DNA from: Balanoglossus misakiensis
Lineage: Eukaryota; Animalia; Hemichordata
Reading direction: 5' to 3'
Assembly (NCBI GenBank): GCA_040954595.2
Contig: CM082579.2
Span: 13,083,834-13,147,833 of the forward strand
DNA: 64,000 nucleotides
Position numbers and translations under genes: made by a program. The notes under the pieces are model-generated. The model was given only the letters and a program-made list of their open reading frames with translations, did not search any database and was not told the origin of the DNA. Numbering within the stretch: position 1 is the stretch's first letter; every line of letters begins with the position of its first letter. Shown here piece after piece: positions 37,201 to 49,200 of the stretch.

Positions 37201-40200
37201 GGCAGCTATTAGGGCTTTAACTCAATTAACAGGTCTTACCTCACCAAAGTCCTCAGACATTGTTGAATCGGTTCTTTGTCGTTTGGTCCGCTGCCTAACT
37301 TCTTCATCTATTGATCGTTTCCTTTTGTGGGTTTGAGATTGACCTATAGAAATATATGATTTCGTTAAAATTATAAAATTGAATCAAACTATAGATGCAG
37401 TGATAGAATTAGGGTCAGATTCAAGTTCCACATCCCTGTTATAAATATCTTCAGTATGTCAAGTGTTCTATGCCGGGGGTGTTGCTGAGTTCAACAGTTG
37501 ATTGAAATTATTATCCCCCAAAAAAGAAAGTTTCTTCCGCCTGCCCAAAGTAGGCAGATGTGGAAGAAGGTTTCCCTACCCACTGTCAGAACTTTTTGAG
37601 ATCTGAAGGATGAGTGTTTAAAGCGGCATATGTTCTCACAACTGAATATGTTTCCGAATTAAACAATTCTGAGCAGAGCCAAAAGTTCCATTGTTTTGTC
37701 CCTTCTTTTCACCCAATTTGCTGTATTTTCCCAATCTCTGAACAAACTATGGTCGCTGCCATCTTGTCTGTTGTTAGGACATCACACTGCCTTATGGCAT
37801 TGACTGTATACAATTTTTGTATCCACGATCTTTGGTTTGGCACATGCGCATAAGATGATCATCACCCCATAACATACCACGCAAGTTTATTGACAACTGC
37901 CATGTTGTATATGAGGCAGACAATGTTATAACACACCATGCAGCGAACCCTCAATCATGATTCGTCAATAGGACGTCACGTGACCTTAGTCATGTCGAAC
38001 TGTTGCCCAGGGCATCAGTTTGATCGGTTTGGTGTGTTATAAAACACATGATGCCTGACATATTCAGGCAACAGTGTATTTTTTATTACCTCGGGACTGC
38101 CAGTCACACCAAAACAGTCTGTTTTCCCTCGGGCTATGCCCTCGAGAAAACAAGACTGTTTTAGTTGTGACTAGCAGCGCCCTAAGTCATCAAAATACAC
38201 TGTCAGTCATCATGTGTATACTGATCAACCTCGCAAGGTGTCTGGGATCATGTCACCCGAGTGATCGAAACAGCACATCTCCCTGACTACTGAATGACAT
38301 ATGAAACCAGAGAGGAGGATAGATTTTGTGGCAATCTACATATAATCCTAATTGGTCGTTGGCTCACAAAGAGAAATCAGCAAACAAAGAGAAGTCGGCT
38401 ATACATGTAGTCAAAGTATCGGGTTGGGAGTTGAGTATTAAAAGTCCCAGTACCAGTGTAAAATCTATGCAGAAAATCACAGCACAGACGATGTTTCAAC
38501 AACAAAATTCGCTAAAACACCTTTATTCATTCACGAATATCGCAAATTTACCCAGCAAAGTGATTTGCTACATGTATATGTTGGTTTACTGAAGTGTAAA
38601 CATCAAGCTTGGGATGCAAACATTTTGGCAAAACCTTATATACATGCATGTAGATACAGCAGATCAAACTATTTCATATTATAGACATAATTAAAAGCAT
38701 GTATGGGATTATTTAAAACTTAATCACTTAAGTAGATGCCTACCCAGATACAGTGCGTGGTTTTCAAATTCCATAGCCTTACATGTAGAATTTGAAAATA
38801 ACAGTGTTACACAGTGTTAAAATTTTGTCATTTTCTTGAAATGTTCACAAAAGTTGCCAAAAGATGTGTATTATTAAATGATATAAAGAAAACACTGTCA
38901 CCACAGATATTTTCACCACAGGAAAACCATAGCATTAGGAGTGCAGGAAAAATGCATTTTCCACAAAATTTGTTTAGGCGCCACCAAAATTTGAAATGGT
39001 TAAAAAATGGCGCTTAATTGCGAGAATTTACGGTAAGCATGTACTAAAATCACTTTAACCCTTTCACGAACATGGTTCAGTCCAAACTCATTATTTTCTA
39101 TAGTAAGGATGGACCTCTACATATAGAACTGGGGGTGAAAGGGTTAAAGAGCATTTTAAGAACAATTTAAAGTAAATCAAGTAAACATATGTTTTCTGAT
39201 TGGCTGAAATGTAACCTTTGACACATATTAATATTCATGTGATTTCCTTTTTTGACTATCTGGCCAACTATTCGGGACTTAAAGTCGGGACGTAAATACA
39301 AGTTTCAAACTATAACATTAGAGAGGTTTAGTTACACGTAAATACGCATATGTCTGACGGCAGGCAGTGGCGTTCGCGTATGTGTAGCGACGCGTGAATT
39401 TTGCGGTTTAGTTGTCCGTTTTGAATAACAAAAATATTTAAAAACAATAGAAAATTCAAATATTTTTCACTTCAATAAATTTTGTGTTTGATGAATATTC
39501 TCTAAGATCACCACCCTTGCAATAAGTTTCTTGACTGCAGTGGAAAGATAGTTTAGTGAAGTTTTTCGATGTCTTTGTCGAGGCGTCCACTGAAAACGTA
39601 GTTTGGTAATACATTTTTGTGTTTATGTTTTGAAAACACCAAATAGCGCCGGTTTTAGCACATATGGCAGATTTTTTTTAGATAACATGGATGCTGGCTA
39701 CATCACAATTGCACTGCAGAGATCAATCGCTCAAATTAAAGAGAGAATATCGAGAAATTCCGAAAAAATGTTACACGTAATCATGATTACGCGTAGAAGC
39801 GTCGCTTGCCGTTCCGAACGTCTGTTCTACGCGTACGCGACCTCTGCTTATCACGTGAGAATGACGCTACGCGTACTGATCGAACGTATTTACGTGTAAC
39901 TAAACCTCTCTAATGACGCTTGTGCACTCATAGGATATGTTGAGAAGATTAACTCTATGCATTGAGCTTTAAATGGCTGACTGAGATCACACTTTAACAT
40001 CAGAAAACAGCAGAAAAGCTTTTGTAAACATGCATGGACAAGCATCAAAAGGTGTCAGATGTATAATAATGTTATCATTACAAGACATATGTTGCATTAT
40101 AATATACCTCATGCTAATTCGTCACGTGATAGGAAAATAGAATCGACTATGAATCCCTCTAGGGAAATAGCAGAAAAAATATAAACCGGTCACGTGACCA

Positions 40201-43200
40201 GCGTTAGTGCGCAGACTTGGTCTCCTCAATCACAGTCGCGTCGTATGACACAATGGCCACCGCTGAAGATGTCGTCTGCCAACCTCAAGAGAAAATTGCA
40301 AGATTTTCCCAACTGTTAGCATGAGGTTTATTATAAAACACCTATAGCCTGGCCTATATTCTGGCCATAGCAGCCGTTTTTACCCCCTCGTGACTGTGAG
40401 TTACCAGAAATATATATAGGCTATTTCCTTCGGCCTACGGCCTCGGGAAATAGCATATGATTCTGGTAACTCACAGCCCCTCCGGTGTAATAAACGGCCG
40501 CTATGGCCCTCATGGCCAGGCAATAGGTGTTCACTATAAAGTGCCCCTTTGTGGCACAAAATAGAAAGAGCAACTGCAATACCTGCTATGACTTCATTAA
40601 GTCTTTCAGTGACTTTATGAATTGCTGCACTCATCAGCATCCGTCCATTCTGTAAGAGTTCCTCCACAATGATCTCTCCAGCATCTCCAAAAAGAGTCTT
40701 AGTACAGAAGATATACCTGAAAAAGCACAAATTTCCACATGGGCATGAGATGCATTTATTACGGTCACTTACACTTTGTTGAGGAACTGTGGTAATCAAA
40801 ACAACTCACATAAGCACTGTTGCCAAAATGCATTCTCTTCAAGGAGCACATACTAAAAGCTTATTCACAAAATACAGGAATTTATGTCCTTGTATATCGT
40901 ATGCTTCAGTATTGTCATTGACACTGCATGTCTCTGACAATACTTCCACTGTACGATGTGTGAGGATACAAATCTCAGTATTTTATCAATAACCTTATTA
41001 TTAGACACCTTTTGCGAACGACCTTGATGAAGCGATACAGGAGAACTTTCTAGTTTTCAAACACCCTAAAATTTGTTTGCTACATCATGAAGACATTTGC
41101 ATATTGAACAGGCCATGACTTTGCACATCAGCTGATGCTGCGCTGCCAACATCTACACTCTGAGCTTGTTGTGGTACTTTGGAAACTATTTTGTAAATGG
41201 ATTTATCTCCAGTTTTTTTTTACAAACATGACACTGAAGCCCAGAAAATGTTTGATATGCTGAGGATGAGTCCAATGACCCAGGTATTTTTCTACTCTGT
41301 GTCCTCATTTGCATTGGTATTGTATTCTGATACCAAGAATTATTGTAATTTACGGGACTCCATAAGTTATAGCAGTTGGTGTGGTACCTATGTTATGTAT
41401 TAGTACTGAACTGTTGTTTACCAATAAATGGTTGTATGCAGAGATATTAAAAGATCTTTCATTTCTACAGAAATGACCATGTCAAGAAATATGGGCTTTT
41501 AATCCACAGGCCACAGTGTCACCATTGTGAGCAGCAGTGTGCGGTGGAAGAAAAACTCTGCCTTACAAGAATAAGAACATATTGAAACATGAACTTGATG
41601 AAGAAAATATGGGAGTGTCACATCACTGATAATGAATTGCTTACTTTGGGTTTCTTGTATGTAGGAGTATCTTCTTCACTTCAGCTTGATATTCAACAAT
41701 ACCACGTTTATTGATTAAACACTTCACTATGTTATGTTGAATCAGCACACACAAAGCTTTCCTAATCTGCAAGAAATAAAATCATCTCTCAATATTAAAG
41801 ACTAAAGCCTCTAAAGCTGCCACTTTTTGCATTATTATCAACTTAAATTGGTCCATTTAAATAAGCATAGTACTGATAGGTATCCATGAACACCTTATCG
41901 ATACCCGATTGTGACTGCATGTTGCAATTTGAACAGGCTCTGGCTATGTATTAAAATGGTGCCGCACCGACTTAATCAGCCCCAATATAAACAGTATGCA
42001 GCTATCGTAGTATGTGTAAAAATGCAAGTACCGTAATATGGCTTAATGGTGAGGATTTTTGAGGATGTTATTTTAGGGACATATTTTTTCTTTACTAAAA
42101 GAATTGAAAAAATATCATTTCATGTTGTCACAAGTTAACCCGGCAGCATTGATCTGCTACCTCTAGTTTTCCCTACATATCAAATGGTTGTGACATCCCC
42201 AATCCCTAGGGTATCAAATGGTTGCCTCCCAGTATTCCCTTGTGAATGATTATTCCCTTCTGTTATTGCTGGAGTTTTTCTTCTTTCTTCTTGAGTCGTT
42301 TTTTTGCTCCCGTTTTTCTCTGAAATTCCGGCACCTGCGCCTATGAAGTTTGGCACGATGATTGGGGCCCATGAGTACTAGTGCACCTGCCCTTTGAATT
42401 TGTAATTAGTCACGTGACTTGGTGGCTATAATCGAGCGAAATTTTCAAATTGACCTAATTTGCACGTTAATGGGGGCATGTACATTCTTTTCGCGATTTT
42501 CGTAGACCATGTGACCAAAATCCCCTGTGCCAAATTTCAAGGTCCTAGGCCACGTCGATTTTGAGAAGAAGATTTTTGTAATATTTTTCGCATTTTTGGT
42601 GGGCTGAGGACGGACACTGGGGCATCAGACTTTGACCGTCATTACGTAATCTTGTGGAGATCTCATTAGCAGGCTACTCACTTCTGGCAGGTTGCAGTAG
42701 TCCTTGGAAAATCGGCTTAAATACGTAAACAGACCAGTGATTATTTTCCACGGAATGAATTTTGGGATAACACATTATCGGAGTTCAGGCTGTGTTAGGG
42801 CGTTTTATTGAATTACGCTGAGTTTGTTAGCTGTTGCCGTTCAAATGTTTCTATCTAGACCCGGCTACACTGGTTAACATTCAATGTATTGCGGCAGCGG
42901 ACTTTGACCCTCAGTCGCTAATGTGGCCGAAATACAACAGCAGACCAATGATTTTCTTGCACGAAGGGAGTATGGTACCAGCAATAATCAGAGAGATTAG
43001 GCTTCTTTGCCGTTCAACAGTTCCTACTTCAGTCGTGACGTTGCAACTGAACGTTCAGTATGGGGGTTGGCCCGCAGGTGGCCGTGGGGGTTATCAGGTC
43101 GCCCGTAATGGCACGCAGCTTCATGCAGCTGTATGGGACCAAAATAATACGCCCGATTCGGGGGTCACCTGTGACACCTGTGTAACTCTATTATGTGCAT

Positions 43201-46200
43201 GCGTAATTGTGGGGTCAATGAAAGGGATGCTAGTGTGGTATTTGTTGCAAATGGATCAATATGAAGTCCGATTTTCCTGTCAAGTTAGGCTGCATTCACA
43301 AACACCTCTGGAGGGGGGGGGGGCAGGAGAATTAAGGGGGGGATTTGAAAAAATTGAGGGTATGTAAGGGGGGATTTGAAATAATTTTGGGACTGAAAGG
43401 GGGGGACTTGAAAACTTTGACGACTAAATATTTATTTTGAGTCCACAAAAATGCAGTTTCGCGCCCTTTATTTTACAAAATTTTCTAATGGGGAGGGGGA
43501 CACCCCCTTCCACACCCAACCCCTCCATTCATCAACACCTTTCAATCATTGATTGGTTTATCTAGTGTCCCAGGTCAGGGGACTTGCCCCAACCCCATGA
43601 TAACTCTGAGCGTCGACGGTTAAATTTGTCCTTCCCAACATACCGGTAGTTGGGTTAATTTGCCTTTGCCGGGTTCATTAAAATGCAGCTTTGAGCTCTG
43701 TATTTTATAAAATTTTCTTACGTGCACCCCCTCCCAAACCCACCCCCTTCAATTCTCGGTTTACAATGTCTCCCAACACAGGATACAAATACTTAAAAAA
43801 TGGGAGCGCTGTTTTTCTTTTTTTACAAGATAGATACTAGGTGATGTGTTTTGCTCTGTGAAAGAAAATGGGGAGGGGGGGATTTCAAAATTTTGGCAGT
43901 TCGGAAGGGGCGGATTTGAAATTTTTCGGGTTGTGTACGGGGGGCATGTGAAAATTAGCGGTAAAACAAATTGAATTCTCCCCCCCCCCCTCAAAAGGTG
44001 TTTGTGAATGCAGCCTTATGGGCGATCTTATGTGACATTTCACCTACTTTTGCTTAGTGAGCATCCACAGCAGATGCATGCAGCTTTGGCGTGGGGGGGG
44101 GGGGGCATATACGGATGGGACCATAAAGATATACCAAAGGCGGGGTCACCTGTTATCATGGGATGGGGGCAAGTCCCCTGACCTGGGACACTAGATAAAC
44201 CAGTCAATGATTGAAGGGTGTTGATGAATGGAGGGGTGGGTGTGGGAGGGGGTGTTCCCCTCCCACATAAGAAAAATTTGTATTATGAAGGGTTCAAAAC
44301 TGCATTTTTGTGGACTCAAAATAAATATTTAGTCCTCAAAGTTTTCAAGTCCCCCCCCCTTTACAGTCCCAAAATTATTTCAAATCCCCCCTTACATACC
44401 CTAATTTTTTTCAAATCCCCCCCCTCAATTCTCCTGCCCCCCCCCCCCCTCCAGAGGTGTTTGTGAATGCAGCCTAACCAACAGGGCAATAGGTGTGGTT
44501 TTTGTTCCACAGGGACGAATGTAAGTGTCAGTTTGTTTTTGCCCAAATGTATAAGTTGATTTGGATGACCTCTGTCGTACAGTGCCATATCTCAGCCCGT
44601 TGTACAAGTCAGGGCTCGAAATTAAATTTTTAATGTGGTGGTCCAAGTGGACCACCACAAATAAAATTGTGGTGGTCCAAAACTAAATTTGGTGGTCACA
44701 CCAATGAAACATGTAAGTCGTTCATTCCAAGAGTTGACAACGATAATGTAACTTAAAGTCTACTGTATTACTCCATTAAAAGTAGCATTTCTTGAATTTT
44801 GATCTACAATAAAGTTGACATGATATCTGTATGTCAAAAATTTATAGAGAAAAAATGACTGATTGTTCAAACAATTTTTTTCATGGAAGTTTCTTGTCCT
44901 GGGGGAATTAATATAATTGTCAGAAACAAGCAATTGTATAATTGTTCAAAACACTTGGCAGGAAAGTTACTAGTTCTCGAGGGATTCACCTCACTTCACC
45001 ATATTCAGGTAAGTCAATCACTGTCACTGTCATTGTCAACCATGTGGGGACCATAAGGAGTTGTATTTGGTCTTCTTGCCCTTCTACCACCATTCCACCA
45101 TGCATTTACGGCTCGTAGGGGATTGAACTGGTGCAGTGGTTCACCCAGCAACTTGATCCGCATCAGTTCATTTAGTCTGGTAGTTGACAGACTGCTACGC
45201 CAGTCAGTTTTGATTTTACCCATGATGCTGAAGCCTCGTTCACACTCGCTAGTGTGAATAGGTATCAACAAAATGATCTTGACTAAGGTAAGTATATTTC
45301 TATACTCATCTAGTTGCTGTCTCAGGAATCATTGCCAGAAATCCAGGTAAGTCAACTGTGGCTGATTCAAAACTGTCTCACGCAAAGCTAACTTCAGTTC
45401 ACGCCACTCTAGTGGGATTTCATCACTGTCACAGTTCTGTCGTACAAGTAAGTCTTGAAAGTGGGCAGCCATTTGTTCTACTTGTAGATTTCCATACTGC
45501 TGCATCCCATTTACATCATCAACTGGCCAGTTCCGTTGGTTGAACACCTTAGCGTTGTTCAATATTTCATTTTCATCAAATGAACGAAATCTAGCCTCAA
45601 GGTGATTCACACAGTTGTCAATAAACTCTACTTTATCTCTGTTCACCATGATGTCACATTCTCGTCTGGGTTGTGGTCTACCTCTTTCAGCAAAATTAAT
45701 TTGTACTCCTTGAAATGTAATGACATCACAATCACCATCACCATCACCATCACTTCCGTCAACAGTGACAAGTCCATTAAATTCTCTCTCTCGTGGACCT
45801 GGGTTATCTCTAAGTTCCCCTAGATTTCCAAGTGCGGCACGGAAACAACTCTCAACTGTTTCAACTGAGCTGTCATTCTTCTGAAACATTAATGACAGGC
45901 GTGACAGTACTCTGTATATGTCAAGCAGCAGGTAGAGGGACTTGACAAATCTGTATGATTTCAGTAGTCTGACAAACCCTTTGGCTTTGTTCTTGGCGTC
46001 GGATGATTGCCCATCAATGGAAACTTGATCGAGGTGAATGACCAATGCCTTGAAATTCCGGGTAACATTGATGAGCGCACGCTCATGGTGGCCTATCCAT
46101 CTAGTGCCCAAAACGTTGGAAAGTTTGTAGACACGTACGTTAGTTGCTTCTCCAGCAAGCTGTAAGTTTGTCCAGTTCAATGGAGAGTTCTTGTAGAACT

Positions 46201-49200
46201 TGTAGACATTGACCAGAAAAACTTCGACGCCTTCGAAATACTTACAAGTTTTCAAGGATTGCTTGATAGCAAGTTCCATCCGATGGGCCACACAATGCAC
46301 TGCAATCAATGAGGGGACATCACGGGACAATCGAGCGCTCACTCCCTTGTTTTTGCCAAAGTTCACGGCAGCTCCGTCTGCTCCAAATCCCACTATCCGA
46401 TCTTTCCAATTCCCCATGTCAAGTTCGTTATGGAATGCTACATCAATTGATCTTAAGATACCTTCACTTGTTGCACGGTCGAGTGGTTGCAAGGAAAAGT
46501 ATTTCGTAACAGGTCGCCCATCTTCAATCAGCCTGAGGTAGAGTATTTCCTCATCTATAATCGCTACATCTGTCGCAGAGTCGATTAAAATGGAGAACAG
46601 TTCACTCCTCTCAACAAGACTTTTTAAGTCTTCACGCTGGACTTCCGCAATGTAGTGAAGAAATGTCGACGCCTGTTTATCGTTTTTATATGCCGACCCC
46701 AACTCAACTTCGTTCAATTCTTGCAAGGCACACAAACTAGCGAAGTCAGAAAAAGGCCGTTCAGCGATTGCTAGATAATAAGCAGTTCGAAAAAGTCTTT
46801 CAACTTTCTGAAATTGTTCACGTTCAGCATTTAGGAAGCCCTGCTCTATTGGGGCATTTCTACCAGGTGCTAATCGATTCACCTTGTATGACCCCGCTGC
46901 CTTCGTGTGAGGTTCACTTACTTCGTGTTTCGTAATAGACGACAGCCGGAAATTGCTCGTACCTTGTCGAAAAGCGCTGTCAACATGACTGAAATCTCGG
47001 CACCACTGACAAAACATTGTATCGTCATCGCTAGAATACACCAGCCACGGGTGATCAGTCTTCCATTTCTGTGAAAACTTCTTGGTTACTTTGTTTTTTT
47101 TAGGCGATGACGGGGCTGAGGCGCCTGGTTCGCGTTCAACGCCAACATTGTCGCTTCGATCAGTGGGTAGCTGTGACGTACCGGTCAAATATCGATCGCC
47201 CCGCCCCGCGCAGTCGTCCGTGTTGGTATTGCAACTTGCAGTCCCCTCCAAGTTAGGCCCATCACTTATCTTGGTGCAAACTCGCTTGAACCCAAACTTA
47301 AATAAACCGCGACTCTGCATGTCAAAAGAACTCTATTGACATTACAGTTATTCCATTGACGGACTTGCGTTAGCATAATGTACATAGACCCTGGAGCATA
47401 CACTGCGTTTCCAATGGTGATGCCCAATAGTATTGCTAAACGTCACAGTAGTTTCAAGGCTACCCCGAAAATATAGTTCCATTGCTTACTTGTGTATGGG
47501 TTACATGAAACGGGTCTTTGTTCACGTATATGGTCATGCGGGTAGATAAGTGACAGCTGGGAGGAGCGTTAGGGATATTGCGGTCCTGAAATATACGGAA
47601 GTGAACTATCGCTAAATCATTCCTCTTACCGAACTATCTAAGCACTGAAGACGAACGAATTATAATTTTTCAAATGTGGTGGTCCAAAATGAAAATGTGG
47701 TGGTCTTTGGACGCAAGACCACCGTTAATTTCGAGCCCTGCAAGTGCAGCTTTGGTATTCGGAGCGAAACTATCATGAAATGCCAAATACAGGCGGATAC
47801 CTGCGACACCTGCTTGATTCATGTATTACGTGCATACCTAATGGTAGGCAAAGTGAAAGGGCTGCAAATGCAGGATTTGTTGCACATGACATAAACAGGA
47901 ATGAACATTTTTTGTCAAATTTTTGGGTGACATCAGGTGTCCATTGACCTGCTTTCCATATGTTAGCATGCACATCATGTATAGCCAGGTGTTTGGAGGG
48001 GTAGGGTAGGACCCTATGCGTAACTCATTATTATGGCCATATCTAATTTGACAAACCCAAACAGCGAGGATTTTCCGTTGTCTTGAATATGAACCAAATA
48101 AGAATCCTAATTTTTGGCCCAATTTTTGGATACCCTCAGCTGCCCTTTGAAGTAACTGAAGTACTTACAACGTAGAAGTTCACCTTTGGTTGTTGTGTTT
48201 GTACTTGTAAGACATCCATTTCGGGCGGTTGCCTACTTCCCCATATCTCCACATCCAGAGCAAATACAGCCTACGCATTTGAATGGTACAACCCTGAATG
48301 GAGTCTAATGGTTATTAACTCTATGCTTGGGCCCCTTCAACGCTGCTTGCAGCTTTAATTCAATTGTGATTTTTTTTCAACTTGAAAAAAATCATAGAAC
48401 AAAAAATAATTTGATATAGATATGGGAAGTTGAGGAAATGAAGATTTCATGCTTATCCCATGCTACTTTCTACTAATGTCAAATAAATGAAATTTCATAA
48501 AATGAAACTTAATTGCATGCTCATTATTATACAAAATTAAAAATAGGGTGTCGCCTCGCTATTTTTAAAGATACATCTCTATTTCTAATTCAGGGTTAAT
48601 AAATAATTAATTTCCAAAAGCATTTTAAACACCTGTGGGGGGGGGGGGGGGGGGGGGGCAGAGGTCCATGGGTATCTTCATACTGAGATACAAGTGAAAT
48701 GTCTACAAAAATGCATACTCATGTAATAACCCTATAATCTTATTTTACAAGGCACCCCAGTTTAGTGATTATTGGCTGACCTGAAACTAAATTCTGTCAT
48801 GCTACTTGCTAGGGAGTTAAATTGCGCGGACGCGTATGCGCAAGGGAATTCTGTGCACTTAACCTTGACATATATAAAGGGTGTCTTGTATCAAACATAA
48901 TTAATGAAAAAGGGCAGCAAGAGAGAGACTTTGTCCCTTTTTAAGTCTGGACTGGTGAAATGCATTTGTCAACAATAACAATGACCGGTACACATACACA
49001 TGACTTGTTGACACGTGGAAATGTGTATGTTTTGGGAAAGAATAATGAGAAGGTGAACCAGAAAATATAGCCAAACGCAAACAAAAATATTGAAAAATTG
49101 CTAGACGTTACAGAGATAGTGTAATATTTTCCATGTAATTAGCCCTAACTTCACTATAATCTTACATCCACTCAACATGGGTCAGTTTATGTGAGTGACC

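Larger units (their letters stand above)
42255..48360. mobile_element. Probable HINE-like host element interrupted by Harbinger-type MITEs and a hAT element
   Basis: TTCTTC microsatellite near the left end, GGGGTCACCTGTGACACCTG shared (inverted) with the 239-bp unit, and right end GCTGCTTGCAGCTTTAATT. Boundaries are approximate. Confidence 0.4.

Noticed and set aside
42834-43367. 177-aa ORF
   Set aside because: Non-ATG start, crosses repeat boundaries into a MITE, no domain.
45014-47320. Domesticated ZNF862-like host gene or programmed TGA recoding
   Set aside because: Intact TIRs and a TSD show a mobile copy; a simple nonsense mutation is the more economical explanation.
48637-48658. Poly-G run (G-quadruplex candidate)
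   Set aside because: Isolated homopolymer of uncertain length with no supporting context.
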